A DNA stretch of 64,000 bases, from the IMG/VR virus record IMGVR_UViG_3300029305_003084, one strand, 5' to 3'. How positions within the stretch are numbered: the first letter of the stretch is position 1; every line of letters starts with the position of its first letter. The DNA is from a virus (Duplodnaviria; Caudoviricetes). Below the pieces are notes generated by a model that was not told the DNA's origin, did not search any database, and was given only the letters and a program-made list of their open reading frames with translations. Positions 48,835 to 58,909 of this stretch are shown one piece after another. The translations under genes and the position numbers were made by a program.

Positions 48835-49191
48835 TCATACGAATATTGTTAACTCGTCATCAAATTCTTCCTGAATATATTCATATTTTCTAGAAAGATA
48901 TTCGAATAATTTCTTATAAATTTCTAACTTATTTTCTTTAAGATATTGAACAATTTCCATTACTGTATCAAATTCTTTTTCAATAGCTCTGGAATTTGCC
49001 CATCTGTCAAATCCTGCCACTGTAGAAAATCTGATAAGATAATGATAATTATTACCCTCATGAGGGAGCAAAACTGCTAAAGCAATAATATGCTCATTTT
49101 GTGCATATACTGATCCATCAGTGACAGCTATCTTGTCGCATCCAAATTCCTTTTGTAAACACTTTTTGATTATAGTAATATTAATATTCAT
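48835..49191 (-). CDS. hypothetical early protein
   Basis: First gene after early promoter 49218-49262. Confidence 0.6.
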   Translation of the reverse strand: MNINITIIKKCLQKEFGCDKIAVTDGSVYAQNEHIIALAVLLPHEGNNYHYLIRFSTVAGFDRWANSRAIEKEFDTVMEIVQYLKENKLEIYKKLFEYLSRKYEYIQEEFDDELTIFV

Positions 49192-49311
49192 AATGACATT
49201 TCCTTTCTTATTTATATTACTACTATTATAATATATATTTGAAATAGTCGGTTATACGATTTAATTAAAATCACATTTATATAATGAATCCTTAAAGAAA
49301 GGAGAATTATA

Positions 49312-52300
49312 TTGAAGAAAAAGTTTATATATGATTTAGATACTACAAATATATCCTTTATACAAACTGCAGTTGATTTAAAGAAATTAGGTATTAAAAA
49401 TAATATGTTTTTTCTTAAATTATTTGATCCTTCATTAAAAGGAGTTGATCCATTCTCTCCATTTTTAACAAACGATCAAATATTTAGAATCATTAATGAA
49501 TGTATTATTAATCCTTGGTATTTTTTAAGAGAATGTGTTAGAATTCCAGACCAAGGTAATCCTGCTGGTATTTCATATCTATTAAATCGTGCTAATTTAG
49601 CAGAAGCATGGTGTTTCTTACATAATATTGATCATTATCTAGTTATTCCTCGTCAGATTGGTAAAACTCAATCAGTAGTTGCAATTATAAATTGGACTTT
49701 TTTATTTGGTACAACAGACTCCGAATTTATGTTCTTGAACCTATCACAAGAAAGAGCTCAAGAAAACTTAGGTAGATTAAAAGATCAAAGAGATTTATTG
49801 CCGCCTTATTTACAATTTAAAATTGCATATGATGAAGAAGGTAACGAGATTAAAAAGATTGATAACGTAAAATCTCTTAAAAATATTAATAACAACAATA
49901 AGATCATTACAAAGCCCTCTGCTAGAAGTAAAGAGGCTGCAGAACGTATTGGTCGTGGTAACACTCAAACTATTCAGTTCTATGATGAGTTTGAATTTAT
50001 TTCTTATATTAAAACTATTCTTGAGGCAGCGGGTTAATTTGGCCCCTATATACAGTGATGTATATAGCAAACTCCTTTAATTGCTGGGAACTCCTTAATG
50101 GACAATCAGCAGCCAATATTTAAAAAATATTTTGAAGAAAACATCTCTTAAAGAGGTGATTGAATTTATGTATATTACAATTAATGATGAACCTGAAGTT
50201 TTTGTTGATTTAAACCATCCGGATATTCCAAAAGGATTATATAAAATAAGTAATTATGGTAATATCTATAATAATATAACAAAAAAATATCGAAATATTA
50301 CTGGTAGAGACAAAGATGGTTATGTACGTGCACCATTTAAATCAATTAGTAAAAAAGCAATATATTTATATATACATAGATTGGTGGCGTTCCATTTTTG
50401 TGAAGGTTATGATGAAAAAACTGGAAGAGTTTATGTAAATCATAATGATTGTATTAGAGACCATAATTATTATAAAAATTTAACATGGGTTACAGTTCAA
50501 GAAAATAATAAACACTCTTATGAACATGGATCGGCGAAACCAAATATAACGCATTTACATGGTGAATTAAATGGTTTTTGTAAATATCCAGATAGTACCA
50601 TTCATTTAATATGTAAATTATTACAGGATGGCTTAACACCAATGGAAATTATGAATAATTTCGGGTATCCTAAATATTCTAGTAATATTCTATTTTATGA
50701 TTTAATTATACGAGTAAAGAATAGACGAGCTAGAACTTTTATTTCTTCAAAATATATTTTTTAAATAAGGTTCAACGACTATTCCGAAAGGAAGTACACT
50801 CAAGTGAGTGGAAACAGGGAGCATCTCATTAGAGATGAAGATATAGTCTCATCTATATGGTGACATATAGCAGTTCATAAGAGAACGGCATAGAATTAAC
50901 GACTCTATGTGAAGATAAATGCCTGCCTTTGTTACTGCATCTGAAAATGCAAAACGAAATGGAGCTCCGACGGCTCGTGTGTTCACGAGTACTCCTGGTG
51001 ATCTAGATACTCAATCAGGTCAAGATGCATTAGAAATAGTTGAGCAGACATGTAAGTGGACTGAAAAATTTTATGATATGGAAATTGAAGATGTCCAAGA
51101 ATACATTGCTACAAACTCTGGCAATAACATTGTTTATATTGAATATTCATATAAACAACTTGGTAGAGATGAAAACTGGTTTAATAAAATCTGTTCAGTC
51201 CTAAATAATGATAAGATGAAAATTAAGCGAGAAGTATTTCTACAGCGTTAACCTGATAGCGCCGTATCATAGTAATATGATATTAAACACTTTTCTAATT
51301 GCTGGAAACTCCTTAGAGCCTAAAGTACCAAAGTGTAATAATCTTTAGGATTGGACAATCAGCAGCCAAGCCTTATATAAATATATAAGGAAGGTTCAAC
51401 GACTATCGAAAATAATGATGATATGTATGTAATAAATATCATATTATGAGTAGAGTACACTCAAGTGAGTGGAAACGGAAAGCTCCTAAATTATTTTAGG
51501 ATGATGATATAGTCTGATCTCTATAGAAATATAGAGCAGTTCTTAAATGAACGGCATAAGAGTAACGACCTTATGTGAACATAAATGTTGCATGGTAGTA
51601 GTGATTCTCCTTATGAACCTGAAGATTTAGATGCTATTCAAGAGCTTAAAGGTAAGATTCTTGAAGAAATTTTCATTAATCGATTATTTAAGCTTGATGT
51701 GTATGAGAAACTTGATAAAAATAGAATTTATTTTGTTGGTGTTGACGTTGCTGGTGGTTATGGTGCGGATAACTCAGCAATCACTGTTTGGGATCCATAT
51801 GTAAGAAAAACAGTTGCTGAATTTAGATCATCTAATATTGGTGTTAAAGATTTAATTAAGTTCATATATGTGTTAGTGAAGAAGCATATTCCTAGAAGTA
51901 TTTTATTTATAGAAAGAAACTATAATGGTGAAGCAGTTCTTGATCATTTACGAGATACTGATATACGTGGAAATTTATACTTTGATAATTCTAAAGATCC
52001 TATGGCTGATTTAGATGAAAAAGTTGATAAGAATGGTTTCTTAAGTGTAGAAGCTGCTAGACGAAGACTATATGGTGTATATACACACGGTAAGTCTAGA
52101 GAATTGATGTTTGAAATTTTAGCACTATATGTACGAGAACATAAGGAATCTTTTGTTGGTGCATATGTTATTGATGATTTAATGAAATTAGTTCGTACAA
52201 AAACAGGTAAGATTGAAGCAGGACCTGGTATGCATGATGACAGTATTATGTCATTCAATATGTGTCTATATGGATACTATTATGCAAATAATTTATCTAG

Positions 52301-52727
52301 ATATGGATTTGTAAAAGGTAGTATTCCTGATGAAGAAAAACAAAATAAAGGTATGGATTATGGTGAAATTTATAGTGTATTGTCCGATTCTGAAAGAAGT
52401 GCATTAGGTTTAGAGGAAAATTCATATATTTCTTATCAGGATTTAGATATGGGAAAAATGATTTCTGAAAAACATGGATTAGTTTCTGAACATGAACTAA
52501 AAAAGAGTTTACATTCTGATAATGTTAGAGAAATCAAATCACCTAATATAAATAAAGCATTAGATCCTTATCAATTAAAACTATATAAAGAAATGGAACA
52601 GGCTCAGAGAGAATCTGAAGCATATAATAATAGAATTGGATTTAATACAAATTATAGAAGTATGTCTGAAGAATATGAAAATAATATTGACTTTGATGCC
52701 GATCTCTTTACCGAATTAAATAATTAA
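49312..52727 (+). CDS. terL: terminase large subunit, spliced: exons 49312-50034, 50922-51248, 51588-52727 (about 729 aa)
   Basis: phiKZ-type NPWYFLRE, PRQIGKT Walker A, YDEFEF Walker B, TSTPG, GVDVAGG nuclease, HDDSIMS. Confidence 0.9.
50035..50921 (+). mobile_element. group I intron 1 in terL
   Basis: P1 GGGU/GCCC, TTGCTGGGAA, AATCAGCAG, GTTCAACGACTA, GATATAGTC, terminal G; splicing gives EAAG|PAF. Confidence 0.92.
50168..50764 (+). CDS. intron-encoded NUMOD4-HNH homing endonuclease
   Basis: YKISNYGNI, IHRLVAFHF, VNHNDCIRDHNYYKNLTWVT. Confidence 0.88.
   Translation: MYITINDEPEVFVDLNHPDIPKGLYKISNYGNIYNNITKKYRNITGRDKDGYVRAPFKSISKKAIYLYIHRLVAFHFCEGYDEKTGRVYVNHNDCIRDHNYYKNLTWVTVQENNKHSYEHGSAKPNITHLHGELNGFCKYPDSTIHLICKLLQDGLTPMEIMNNFGYPKYSSNILFYDLIIRVKNRRARTFISSKYIF
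51249..51587 (+). mobile_element. group I intron 2 in terL (no ORF)
   Basis: P1 GCGU/GCGC, same core elements, terminal G; splicing gives FLQR|LHGSS. Confidence 0.92.
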
Positions 52728-52792
52728 ATAAAATATAATTAGTGTATTAACAAATTTTTAATATAAATAACATAAAGGGATGGTGTTGTGTT

Positions 52793-53551
52793 GTGTCAAT
52801 GTTTTATGATAGAGATGAATTTGAACTTTCATCAAATGTGGAATTTAATGACTTATTAGTCGAATTACCATTTGATTTAATTAAAGAAAGTATCATAGAA
52901 CAAATTAATGACCCTGTAAGTAGTAGAACTAACTATATTGATGTCATTTTAGATAAATATGAGGTTTTTAAACTCCAATATAGTGAAGATGAAGATATTA
53001 TTAATGAATTAGAAGAACATGTGCGTTCATTCTTTATTTTTATTATGGAAGCAATGGATAATAAATTTAATTTAGGATTAGATTTAAATGAAATTGCAGG
53101 ACGTAAAGATATCGTAAATATTGGTGAATGTCTATATAAATATTTCGTAATTCGATATGTAAAAAATATTACTCGATTTATTACAAAATTTATTTTTAAA
53201 AATAAGAAAACTTTTGTGAATTATTATAATGATAAAAATAAAAAAGATGTTTCTACATTAGCATTTAGAAAACAGATTAAAAATAATGATGATTTAATTA
53301 TTATTACATGTCTTCCTTCTATTATTAAAGATATTATTGGGATGGAAGTTGAATCGGAAGATTTTGTTATTCTAAGTGCTGGTAATGGTAATTATGAAGC
53401 ATCTGTTGTAAAAGAATTAATTTATTCTAGTAGATTAATTGGCGATTTTTATAAACCATATATTTCTATGTGTGTAGATTCTTATGATTATATTATCGAT
53501 GAACTACAGACAGAAATTCGTATTAAAATTCTTAGTAAAATTTCAGAATAA
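52793..53551 (+). CDS. hypothetical late protein
   Basis: Late motif at 52749-52760. Confidence 0.7.
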   Translation: MSMFYDRDEFELSSNVEFNDLLVELPFDLIKESIIEQINDPVSSRTNYIDVILDKYEVFKLQYSEDEDIINELEEHVRSFFIFIMEAMDNKFNLGLDLNEIAGRKDIVNIGECLYKYFVIRYVKNITRFITKFIFKNKKTFVNYYNDKNKKDVSTLAFRKQIKNNDDLIIITCLPSIIKDIIGMEVESEDFVILSAGNGNYEASVVKELIYSSRLIGDFYKPYISMCVDSYDYIIDELQTEIRIKILSKISE

Positions 53552-53627
53552 ATATTCAGATATACCTGTATAATAATATAGGTATATCTGTAAAATAATT
53601 TTAGAGAAGGGGAGAGAATATTATTAT

Positions 53628-54074
53628 ATGTTTAAATGGCTAAATAGGTTCCGAAGACCTGAAAAACGATACGATAGTAATGGTCATCTTATATATTATG
53701 ATGATAGACGTGGTCATGTGACTCACTATTATTATAATGGCAATGATCAATTAATTGAAAGAGTTTATAATGGATATTGTGAATTATATAACGAGTATGA
53801 TGATAATGGTAATTTGACATATAGATCACTTTATGGTGAAAAAGAATGGTGGACTTATAATGAGTCTGGTTATTTAATCAGGTATGTGTCATCAAAAGGA
53901 ATTGAAAGAAACATTTTTTATTATAAAAATGGTGAATTAATACAATATATTGAAAATGGAGCAATCGCATGGAATTATATTGGTGATAATGAAATTGAAA
54001 TTAATCAAATCATCAATAAATATATGAATGATATACCTAATGCATTTTCTGACATTTTAGGTGAATCAATTTAA
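53628..54074 (+). CDS. short YD-repeat-like protein
   Basis: RYDSNGHLIY, EYDDNGNLTY, TYNESGYLIR. Confidence 0.7.
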   Translation: MFKWLNRFRRPEKRYDSNGHLIYYDDRRGHVTHYYYNGNDQLIERVYNGYCELYNEYDDNGNLTYRSLYGEKEWWTYNESGYLIRYVSSKGIERNIFYYKNGELIQYIENGAIAWNYIGDNEIEINQIINKYMNDIPNAFSDILGESI

Positions 54075-54118
54075 ATACATAATACATTTTATTAATACTT
54101 TTATTGGAGGAATTTATA

Positions 54119-55165
54119 ATGAGTGAAGAAACTAAAACCACAAATAATGATATGATTGTATTAGCTGATGAAATTGAAACGCTACCTACTAACACATCCA
54201 TTGATTTAAATGATGTAGAACCTGCAGTAGATGATGAAAATGAAGACTATGGTGATTTAGTAGATTCTAATAATAAAAGAGCATTCGAATTATTCAATAT
54301 GAAGTCTAAAATGAATGATATTAAGCGTATTGCTGATGATATTCAAGAAAAGACTAAGACTGTTATTGAGAATGAGGATGAATTATCTGTTTTTGATGAA
54401 ATTGCACTTAAATTTGATGATGATGAAATTGAAAAATTAACGGATGAAGCAATTGAAGAGATTTATAATAACAATGGTAATCCTATTGAATTAAATTTTG
54501 AATTCGAGAATCCTGAAGATACAAAAGCATTCAAAAGAGATTTCCTTGAGTTTAGAAGACAGTCTATTTTAACAACAAGAACTCTAAATGAGGAAATGGA
54601 GAAGATGAATAAAATCTTCGAAGAGAGTCAAGCAGAGTTAGACGAAATTGTTGAAAGATATGGTAATATGGATAATCTTATCCGTACCACCCTTGAAGAT
54701 AGACTAGAAGAAGCTGATACTGAAGAGAAAAAGAACTTAATTAAGAAATTAATCAATAATTTTGACTATGCATTATCTTTAGATAATATTAAGGACTTTG
54801 TAAATAGCTACAAGGGTCGTAGTATTATTGGTTATTATAGAGATGATAAGAAATCACAGTACATCTATAAAGGATATCGTAAGATGTGTGATGTATATAA
54901 AATTAAGACTGATCTTGCAAAGTTTGGTGGTCTTGAAGAACAGGTTATTGGTGAAGAATATAATAAGAGACCTAATATTTTCTTATTTACAATCATGTAT
55001 TACATTTCTACATTTGCAAATAAGGAAGTTGATAGAACAATTGGTTTATTCTTAACTCAGTTAACCATTAATCTAAAGAATCTTATTTATAATAAGTTTG
55101 AAGATGAGACTACGAAGGAAACTTTTAGTAATAACATCAAATCAGTTATTGAAATGATTGGTTAA
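54119..55165 (+). CDS. acidic coiled-coil hypothetical protein
   Basis: GGAGG SD before ATG 54119. Confidence 0.7.
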   Translation: MSEETKTTNNDMIVLADEIETLPTNTSIDLNDVEPAVDDENEDYGDLVDSNNKRAFELFNMKSKMNDIKRIADDIQEKTKTVIENEDELSVFDEIALKFDDDEIEKLTDEAIEEIYNNNGNPIELNFEFENPEDTKAFKRDFLEFRRQSILTTRTLNEEMEKMNKIFEESQAELDEIVERYGNMDNLIRTTLEDRLEEADTEEKKNLIKKLINNFDYALSLDNIKDFVNSYKGRSIIGYYRDDKKSQYIYKGYRKMCDVYKIKTDLAKFGGLEEQVIGEEYNKRPNIFLFTIMYYISTFANKEVDRTIGLFLTQLTINLKNLIYNKFEDETTKETFSNNIKSVIEMIG

Positions 55166-55252
55166 ATAAAAAACATTAGGGTAATAAGAGACATAGTTGC
55201 TCTTATTACCCTATTTGTATTTAATTTCCATATAATTAAGAGGTGATATTAT

Positions 55253-55987
55253 ATGTTACAAAATTATGTAAAAAATGACGGTACTAATTTAATTTTTACT
55301 GGACATTATATGGAGTTTTATATACCAGAATATTATTTTGAAAATTCATATGCTGTAATTTCTGGTTCATCTATCAATGTACTTGGTTTATTACACTATA
55401 GTATTTTTGATAGTAAAGATAAAGAATTAGAGCATAATATTATGAATTTACCTACATTTATTACTATGTATTTTAAAGATATTAAAAAGAAAGATGTAAC
55501 ATTATCAAAAAGTCCGAATGCTAAACCCGAATCTTGTAGAGTCATTCCATTTTATAAGAATGATCTAATTATGGAAAGTAATTTGCAGAAAGATTCTTCT
55601 AATGCTGAAAAATTTCTTAAAATGTTATGTGCTGGTAAGATTCGAAATATTCCATATGATAAATTATTTGATGTATGGGAAAAGAATCTTCAATTAAATA
55701 ATGTTAAGTTTGGTGCTCCTGCAACAATTCTTGAAGTTATTATTGCACAATTATGTCGTAATGGTAATAATATTGATGAAAAGTTTTCGGTACAATTAAC
55801 TCGTGATCCAAAAACGTCAATGTATGCTTATAAACCGGCATCAATTAAAGAACTATGCTCTAAAAGTTCTACGTTTGCGGCAATATCATTCCAAGATATG
55901 GACTTTATGTTAACATCTTCACTAAATATGAATAAATATAATAAAGATCAATCTGAAAGTCCATTAGAAAAAATTATGAAATACTAA
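55253..55987 (+). CDS. probable stand-alone RNA polymerase beta-prime C-terminal subunit (virion RNAP type)
   Basis: ILEVIIAQLCR...STFAAISFQD...SPLEKIM parallels the end of RpoC; late motif at 55172-55183. Confidence 0.55.
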   Translation: MLQNYVKNDGTNLIFTGHYMEFYIPEYYFENSYAVISGSSINVLGLLHYSIFDSKDKELEHNIMNLPTFITMYFKDIKKKDVTLSKSPNAKPESCRVIPFYKNDLIMESNLQKDSSNAEKFLKMLCAGKIRNIPYDKLFDVWEKNLQLNNVKFGAPATILEVIIAQLCRNGNNIDEKFSVQLTRDPKTSMYAYKPASIKELCSKSSTFAAISFQDMDFMLTSSLNMNKYNKDQSESPLEKIMKY

Positions 55988-56099
55988 TTTTATCTCATTT
56001 AATTGCTATCACGTAATTAAAACAATAAAGTAAATAATAATATGCATTTCTTTTTATATACTAGCATAATATTAAATATGTGTAAAGGAGGATGTAATC

Positions 56100-57965
56100 A
56101 TGCCTAGAGTTGGACAGATTATTCCGTCTTATCTGGTTCCTCACGTTCAGACTTATATTAATGATAACTCTTTAATTTCTGAAACTCCTGTTGAGGCATC
56201 CGATCCTGCTGTAAGACTACTTTGTGTATTCACTTCAGCAAAGGGTGAGGACGGTGTTATTAAAACAATTGATAATGTAGCTGACTATATTGAAGAATAT
56301 GGTACTCCCAATTTTGCATTATATGGTCAGCCTTGCTATATGCCTTATGCTGCTTTAAGTAGTGGTCGTGCTAAGGTCCATTGTATGCGTGTTATGCCTG
56401 AAGATGCAGCTTATGCTAATGTGGCTATTTGTGCATATACAAAAACTGTAACTGATAGTGAAGGTAATACTAACTTTGTTGTTAAGTTTGAAGCTGTATC
56501 CGTTGAGAATTTAACTGATAAAGATTCTTTACAGGTACAGTTAGATGAAATGGCTGTATTACCCCCTGAAGTAAATGATGATGGCTATAATGTATATCCT
56601 TTATTCATTGCTTCTGCTAAGGGTAGAGGTCAGTATGGTAACTCTTTCCGTATTCGTGTTGTTGGTGACAATATTAAGAATACTGAGAATGAGCACCAGA
56701 ACTATATCTTTGAGATCCTAGATGTTTCTTCTGGTAGTTTAACCATGAAGGAACAGCATCGTGGCTCTTTCGACTATAGTGCTATCGTTAATAACTCTTC
56801 ACTATTATTCGACGATATCATTGATGACCCTGAACTAGGTAGTGACTATATTACAATCATTACTGAATCCAATAACTTTATCCGTATTTATGATGAATAT
56901 AATAAGGTTATTGGTATTAGCGATGAAATTAACATTCCTAGCTTTAATGATTGTAATTTATTTAACGGCTTAACTAAGAATGGTTCTGCTATGCCTGGTT
57001 TTATGGTTGATCCTGATTCACCTGTAACTTTAGATACTACTATTGGTATTTCCCTAGTTGGTGGTACTGAAGGTTCTATTGGTGTTGAATCTGAAGATCG
57101 TCTAGCCACTATTGACAGTCTATATCTGGCTGCATTCAATAGAGAAATCAATCCCTTTGTTAGCAGCAAGAGAGCAATTCCTTGTGAATTAATTCTAGAC
57201 GCTAACTATTCTGAAGAAGTAAAGCTAAAGTTAGCTGAACTTGCACTAAGACGTTATGATGCTCGTTGCGTTATTGACGCAGGTATCGTAACTACTGTTG
57301 CACAGGCAGAACGTTGGCTCAATAGACCCACTATCAAAGCATTAGATGATTTTATCATTTCTAAGGAAATTACTCATAAGAAGATGCGTGATCCTTTCAC
57401 CAATAAGATTATTACTGTTACTTATACATATGATCTAGCTGAACAGCTACCTGCTCATTATATCAATGTCGGTAATCAAGTTCCCTTTGTTGGTGAGGCA
57501 TATTCTAGAGTAACTAATTATATCCCTCATTCAATTAAGCCTGCAATTGATGCAGACGACCTAGAACTAAAGGAAACTTTATATCTAGCTCGTTGTAACT
57601 TCATTGAATGCGTTGCAGAGAATACTTATGTACGTAATGTTCAGGGTACATCTCAGACAGCATGGACTGATCTATCTGAAGAAAATAATGTTGCGGTTCT
57701 ACTTGAAATGAAGCGTATGCTTGAAGAGTTTGTTTCTACTCGTCTATATAACTTTGCTGAAGCTGAAGATCGTGTCAAGTTCACTGAAGCTGCCGATCGT
57801 ATGTTCACTGATTTTAGACAGAGTAAGGTTCGTTCCTATCAGGTATACTTTGATATGAATGCATTTGAAGAAGAACGCAATATTCTACATTGCTATCTAT
57901 CTGTAGTCTTTAAGACTATGGCTAAACGCGGTATTATTGAAATTGATATCAATAAGCGTGTCTAA
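56100..57965 (+). CDS. tail sheath protein
   Basis: YIEEYGTP, AKGRGQYGN, LVGGTEGS, ILDANY, IIEIDIN end; late motif at 56021-56032. Confidence 0.85.
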   Translation: MPRVGQIIPSYLVPHVQTYINDNSLISETPVEASDPAVRLLCVFTSAKGEDGVIKTIDNVADYIEEYGTPNFALYGQPCYMPYAALSSGRAKVHCMRVMPEDAAYANVAICAYTKTVTDSEGNTNFVVKFEAVSVENLTDKDSLQVQLDEMAVLPPEVNDDGYNVYPLFIASAKGRGQYGNSFRIRVVGDNIKNTENEHQNYIFEILDVSSGSLTMKEQHRGSFDYSAIVNNSSLLFDDIIDDPELGSDYITIITESNNFIRIYDEYNKVIGISDEINIPSFNDCNLFNGLTKNGSAMPGFMVDPDSPVTLDTTIGISLVGGTEGSIGVESEDRLATIDSLYLAAFNREINPFVSSKRAIPCELILDANYSEEVKLKLAELALRRYDARCVIDAGIVTTVAQAERWLNRPTIKALDDFIISKEITHKKMRDPFTNKIITVTYTYDLAEQLPAHYINVGNQVPFVGEAYSRVTNYIPHSIKPAIDADDLELKETLYLARCNFIECVAENTYVRNVQGTSQTAWTDLSEENNVAVLLEMKRMLEEFVSTRLYNFAEAEDRVKFTEAADRMFTDFRQSKVRSYQVYFDMNAFEEERNILHCYLSVVFKTMAKRGIIEIDINKRV

Positions 57966-57988
57966 TCTAGAGAAAGGAGTGAAACAAT

Positions 57989-58822
57989 ATGGCAAGAGTA
58001 AATACACTTCAGTCTAATATTAAGAAGTATGATTCTGATTTTATTAAAAACTATTCCATCTTCCTAGGTGGTCTAAATGCTACTCATCAGTCTTTACAAC
58101 AGTATGATCCTCTAAAGACTGGCTATTCAAGAATCTTTTTCCTGAAGATGCCTACTTTTATGGAAACTATTATGCCTGATGAGACTAAGCGAATTCGTCA
58201 TCTAATGGAATATGGTTTTACTCGTATTGACGGTCTAGGTAATACCACTCTAGACACTGAACAGATTACTGGTGGTTACACTGGTCGTTCTTTTGAAGTT
58301 GGTACTGTTGCACGAGACGAGACTGCCAATATCACTATTTCTCTATATGAGTTCTCTGGTTCTCCTGTTCGTGAGTATCTAGATATGTGGATTTCTGGTA
58401 TCTCTGACCCCTATACTGGCTTAGGTCACTATCATGGTGCTATGGAACTAGATAGTACTATTAAATATAGCCAGCATAACCATGTTGCAGAAGCAATTTA
58501 TGTCACTACCGATCCTACTGGTAAGGAAGTTGAATATTGCTGCTTACTAACCAACATGTTCCCCAAGTCTTCTAAGGCAGACCAATTTAACTATGAATCC
58601 GGTCAGCACGCTATTGTTCAGACTGATATCGAATTTAGTGTTGTTAAGTATCAATCTCCTCAGATTAATACTATTGGTAAAGCACTAATTGATAAGTTCC
58701 AGGTAATGACTGACTACCTAGACTTTGAATCTGAATACAGCAAAGCTGATGTTACTGATAAGCCTAAGTATAGAATGCTTAACTGGGCTGATAAGTATAA
58801 CAAGAATCTCACTGAAGATTAA
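57989..58822 (+). CDS. tail tube protein
   Basis: Follows sheath; YEFSGSP...W...DPYTG motif. Confidence 0.7.
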   Translation: MARVNTLQSNIKKYDSDFIKNYSIFLGGLNATHQSLQQYDPLKTGYSRIFFLKMPTFMETIMPDETKRIRHLMEYGFTRIDGLGNTTLDTEQITGGYTGRSFEVGTVARDETANITISLYEFSGSPVREYLDMWISGISDPYTGLGHYHGAMELDSTIKYSQHNHVAEAIYVTTDPTGKEVEYCCLLTNMFPKSSKADQFNYESGQHAIVQTDIEFSVVKYQSPQINTIGKALIDKFQVMTDYLDFESEYSKADVTDKPKYRMLNWADKYNKNLTED

Positions 58823-58909
58823 TTATAATCTCATATCCAGAGTTTTATCTGGATATGAGAATTTATTTTCCCATATATGAATATAAAATATTCATATATG
58901 GGATATTAT

